This document shows, piece by piece, positions 60,805 to 64,000 of a DNA stretch of 64,000 nucleotides (the first letter of the stretch is position 1; every line of letters starts with the position of its first letter). The notes below the pieces were generated by a model. The model did no database searches, was not told the origin of the DNA, and saw nothing but the letters and a program-made list of their open reading frames with translations. The position numbers were made by a program, and so were the translations under genes. This stretch comes from the human T2T-CHM13v2.0 reference genome, Homo sapiens. The stretch is taken from the NCBI RefSeq assembly GCF_009914755.1, contig NC_060935.1. The stretch is one strand, 5' to 3'.

Positions 60805-61187
60805 ACCAGGGAACCCTCCTATTTAGCAACAGGAAGTGATTCTTCTGTACATCACCCCTCTGAGGACATATGTTTTCATATCAAGAAATGTGGTTCGAGG
60901 GCTGACAGCCAGGGTAAGCATTATTACATCCAGAGGCAAGAAGAAAAACAGAATCTGACTCTTCCATGCCAACACAGAGAAACTGAAGACGGTCAGCAAA
61001 GACTTGACAAGACTTCAGCCCTGGCGAGGAAGAGGCTATTCTCAAAGGCTGGGGGTGAGTGGAGTGAGTAGCAACAAAATAGTGAGGGGACTGTAGGGTA
61101 TGTGGGGCAGGGAGCCAAGCAATTCAAACAAGAACCCTAATGCCATCTGAATCTACTTTGAATTTCTAGGAAAACATACTAGCCATT

Positions 61188-61473
61188 TTTTTTTTTAATT
61201 TTTTTTGAGATAGAGTCTCGCTATGTCACCCAGCCTGGAGTGCAGTGGCATGATCTCGACTCACTGCAACCTCAAGCGATTCTCCTGCCTCAGCCTCCCG
61301 AGTAACTGGGACAACAGGCGCGCACCACCGTGCCTGGCTAATTTTTTATATTTTTAGTAGAGACGGGGTTTCACCTTATTGGCCAGGCTGGTCTCAAACT
61401 CCTGACCTTGTAATCTGCCAGCGTTGGCCTCCCAAAGTGCTGGGATCACAGGCATGAGCCACCATGCCCGGCC
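61188..61473 (-). mobile_element. AluS with a small internal deletion
   Basis: TSD catactagccatt on both sides. Confidence 0.92.
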
Positions 61474-61601
61474 CCCATACTAGCCATTATTAACAAATGC
61501 TTCCTACATTTCTGTCTTTCATTAACTTTCTCATCTCTAAAAATTCAAAAATTTTCAACTCCTAGGGCTGAGGCTATCTGGTACCTTTATAAGAATCAGG
61601 T

Positions 61602-61923
61602 TAAAAGGCTAATCAGAGACTCAAAAGAAAGCAACCATTTGTCTCTTATCTACCTTTGACCTTAATGGCCCATCCCCACTTTGAGTTGCCCCACCTTTGC
61701 TTTGAGTTGTACCGCTTTTCTGGACCAAACCAATGTTCATCTTACATATATTGATTGATATCTCATGTCTCCCTGAAATGTATAAAACCAAGCTGTGCTC
61801 GGACCACCTTGGGCACATGTCATCAGGACCTCCTGAGGCTGTCTCACAGACATGTATCCTTAACTTTGGCAAAATAAGCTTCCTAAATTGACTGAGACCT
61901 GTCTCAGATATTCCGAGTTCACA
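61602..61923 (+). mobile_element. MER4A-like ERV1 LTR, 3' portion
   Basis: tgtataaaaccaagctgtgctc..gaccaccttgggcacatgtcatcaggacctcctgaggctg ... gttcaca end. Confidence 0.8.
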
Positions 61924-61952
61924 AATCTCAACGGCAGTAACATCCGAGTTCC

Positions 61953-62047
61953 CCTTTGGATTGTTCTTGAGTCTCAACCTTTTCTCCTTTGGAATGTTCT
62001 TGAATCTCTACCTTTTTCCCTTTGGACTGTTCTTGAATCACTACCTT
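61953..62047. repeat. 33-bp tandem repeat, about 3 copies
   Basis: cctttgga..gttcttga.tc...acctt units start at 61953, 61986 and 62019. Confidence 0.9.
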
Positions 62048-63678
62048 GTTGATAGTTCTTTCAGCAAGGTCTCTGCCCTCCACAACCAACTGCCAAAGAA
62101 AGGGCCCTTGTCTCACCTGATTACCTTATCCCCTCTAAATATGCTAGCCACACCTGGTGGTTTTCAAAGCAATCAGACCTAGACCTGTCCCAGTCTTCCT
62201 CTCCTCAGGTACTTTTCTCTGGAAAGTTAAGATTCTGCTGGGTTAGGAATGCAGGTGGTGACTGGACTCTAGTGAGGACCTAAGGTTTAGCATAACCTTG
62301 GAAAACAGTTCCCAAAAGGGTCGTATCTCAGCTGCTCAGGGACTGCCATGTCCGCCTGACTGTTCATATACTCTCCCAAAGCACTCAGAGAAACTTATGT
62401 TCCAACCATAGATTATATTTTATTTGATAGAATCCATGTCTTATTTTATTTTCATGATTTATTTTTAACCAAACCATGAAAAAGATAAAGCACTTCTTAG
62501 CTTGCTTTTCTGTTAAAAGGTCTATCTACAATATAATTATATTTCCTCAGTCTACTTCAAAAAAGCCAATGTCTGTCACAAAATTAAATAAATCTGGATG
62601 CTCCTAACATTATAATTTTCCATTTTGCTTGTACCAAGTAAAAAGAATGCTGCCTTCTTTTACTTCTAGAATAAAAAGCAGCAAACTTGCAACTTCAAAT
62701 CCACAAGCTTATTAAAAAAATTTGTTCTCTGGTAGTTGTGCAATAAATTTGAAAACACAACACTCTGACTGTCAAGTAGGTATAGATAATGACATTAAAT
62801 ATGAATAAGCACTTCATTTCATGAATGCAAGATGAGTTTATAAAATACAAATGCTCCGACAGTAAGAAAACATACTGCTATATTCAATTATATCATCTAC
62901 CCAAAATACAATTGCTTCTATGTTTGGTAAATAGATTAAATCCAGGTCACATTCCTGCATTCAACTGAGTTTCTAGTCACTCCCTTTTCTCTAAATACTT
63001 GCGCTCTTTGTTTCTGCATGTTCTTAAGTGTCATCATTTATTGCTATAGGCATGATGGCTATATTTAACTAATAATGACAGTGGTTGTCATTAGATTTTA
63101 ACTCAGTAACACTAGTCTGACATATCATTTGAAGTATGTCTTCAATTTACATTTGATTAAAATTACAAACATCCCATCTATTGTGCCAATCAAAATGTTG
63201 TCACCCTTTCCCTGAACTTTTCTATGAACTTTCTTTAAATAAGTTATGGCAGCTTAAAGTTAAGACTAGCCCTGGGTCACGAACATATTTTAAAATACAA
63301 CTTTTGGAACGGAGCAGACTAAGGCCACTTGGGGGTCCTTTTATAAAAGGCCTTGATTTTGACCTACACCCTAGATATTGAGAGTTCAAAGCCTTTAACT
63401 CACATTCCCATATCATGCTGTATACATAACTACTTGGCAGGTATTTTAATTTGGTTGTATTTATTTCAAGATCTCAGACCTAGCAAATACCTTTGTTAGT
63501 AAAGTCAGATACGTGTGACAACTTGTATGAAAAGCTTGTGGAAACATACCTAGAGAGGATGGAGCAAAAGAAGGAAAATAAATAAGGGCAGGTAGAAAAA
63601 TAACATTTCAGGTAACTATCATATGCCAGGTTTTTATATCATCTTCTTTACTTCCCATAATACATCTGTGGGATGTAA

Positions 63679-63991
<313 letters not shown>

Positions 63992-64000
63992 TAAACTATT

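Noticed and set aside
61953-62047. 33-bp periodic repeat as a CRISPR-like array
   Set aside because: Head-to-tail units with no unique spacers, human context, and no cas genes.

Overview
Human (primate) genomic DNA, AT-rich and mostly intronic. It is part of DCDC1 (doublecortin domain-containing 1, 11p13), transcribed on the minus strand. Three internal coding exons are identifiable by translation, canonical splice sites and matching phases: 54704-54499 (206 nt), 29449-29356 (94 nt) and 5402-5236 (167 nt). There is also an alternative last exon starting at 26922 that ends the short isoform in ...ISKGKH*. The introns hold a full-length processed cytochrome c pseudogene of the ancestral type (43089-44897, probably CYCSP25), 13 Alus, a two-LTR THE1 element, several L1, L2, MIR, LTR and DNA-transposon remnants, and microsatellites. 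I see no prokaryotic-type system (CRISPR, operon, rRNA or tRNA). The most notable unexplained structures are two local fold-back inverted duplications (24199-24979 and 38134-38986), an apparent L1 3' transduction nested in the pseudogene, a stop-free in-frame 300-nt two-exon module flanked by inverted Alus, a possible decayed Gypsy/PNMA-like gag relic, and several templated-insertion scars. Gene and repeat names come from recalled consensus sequences, not from a database search.
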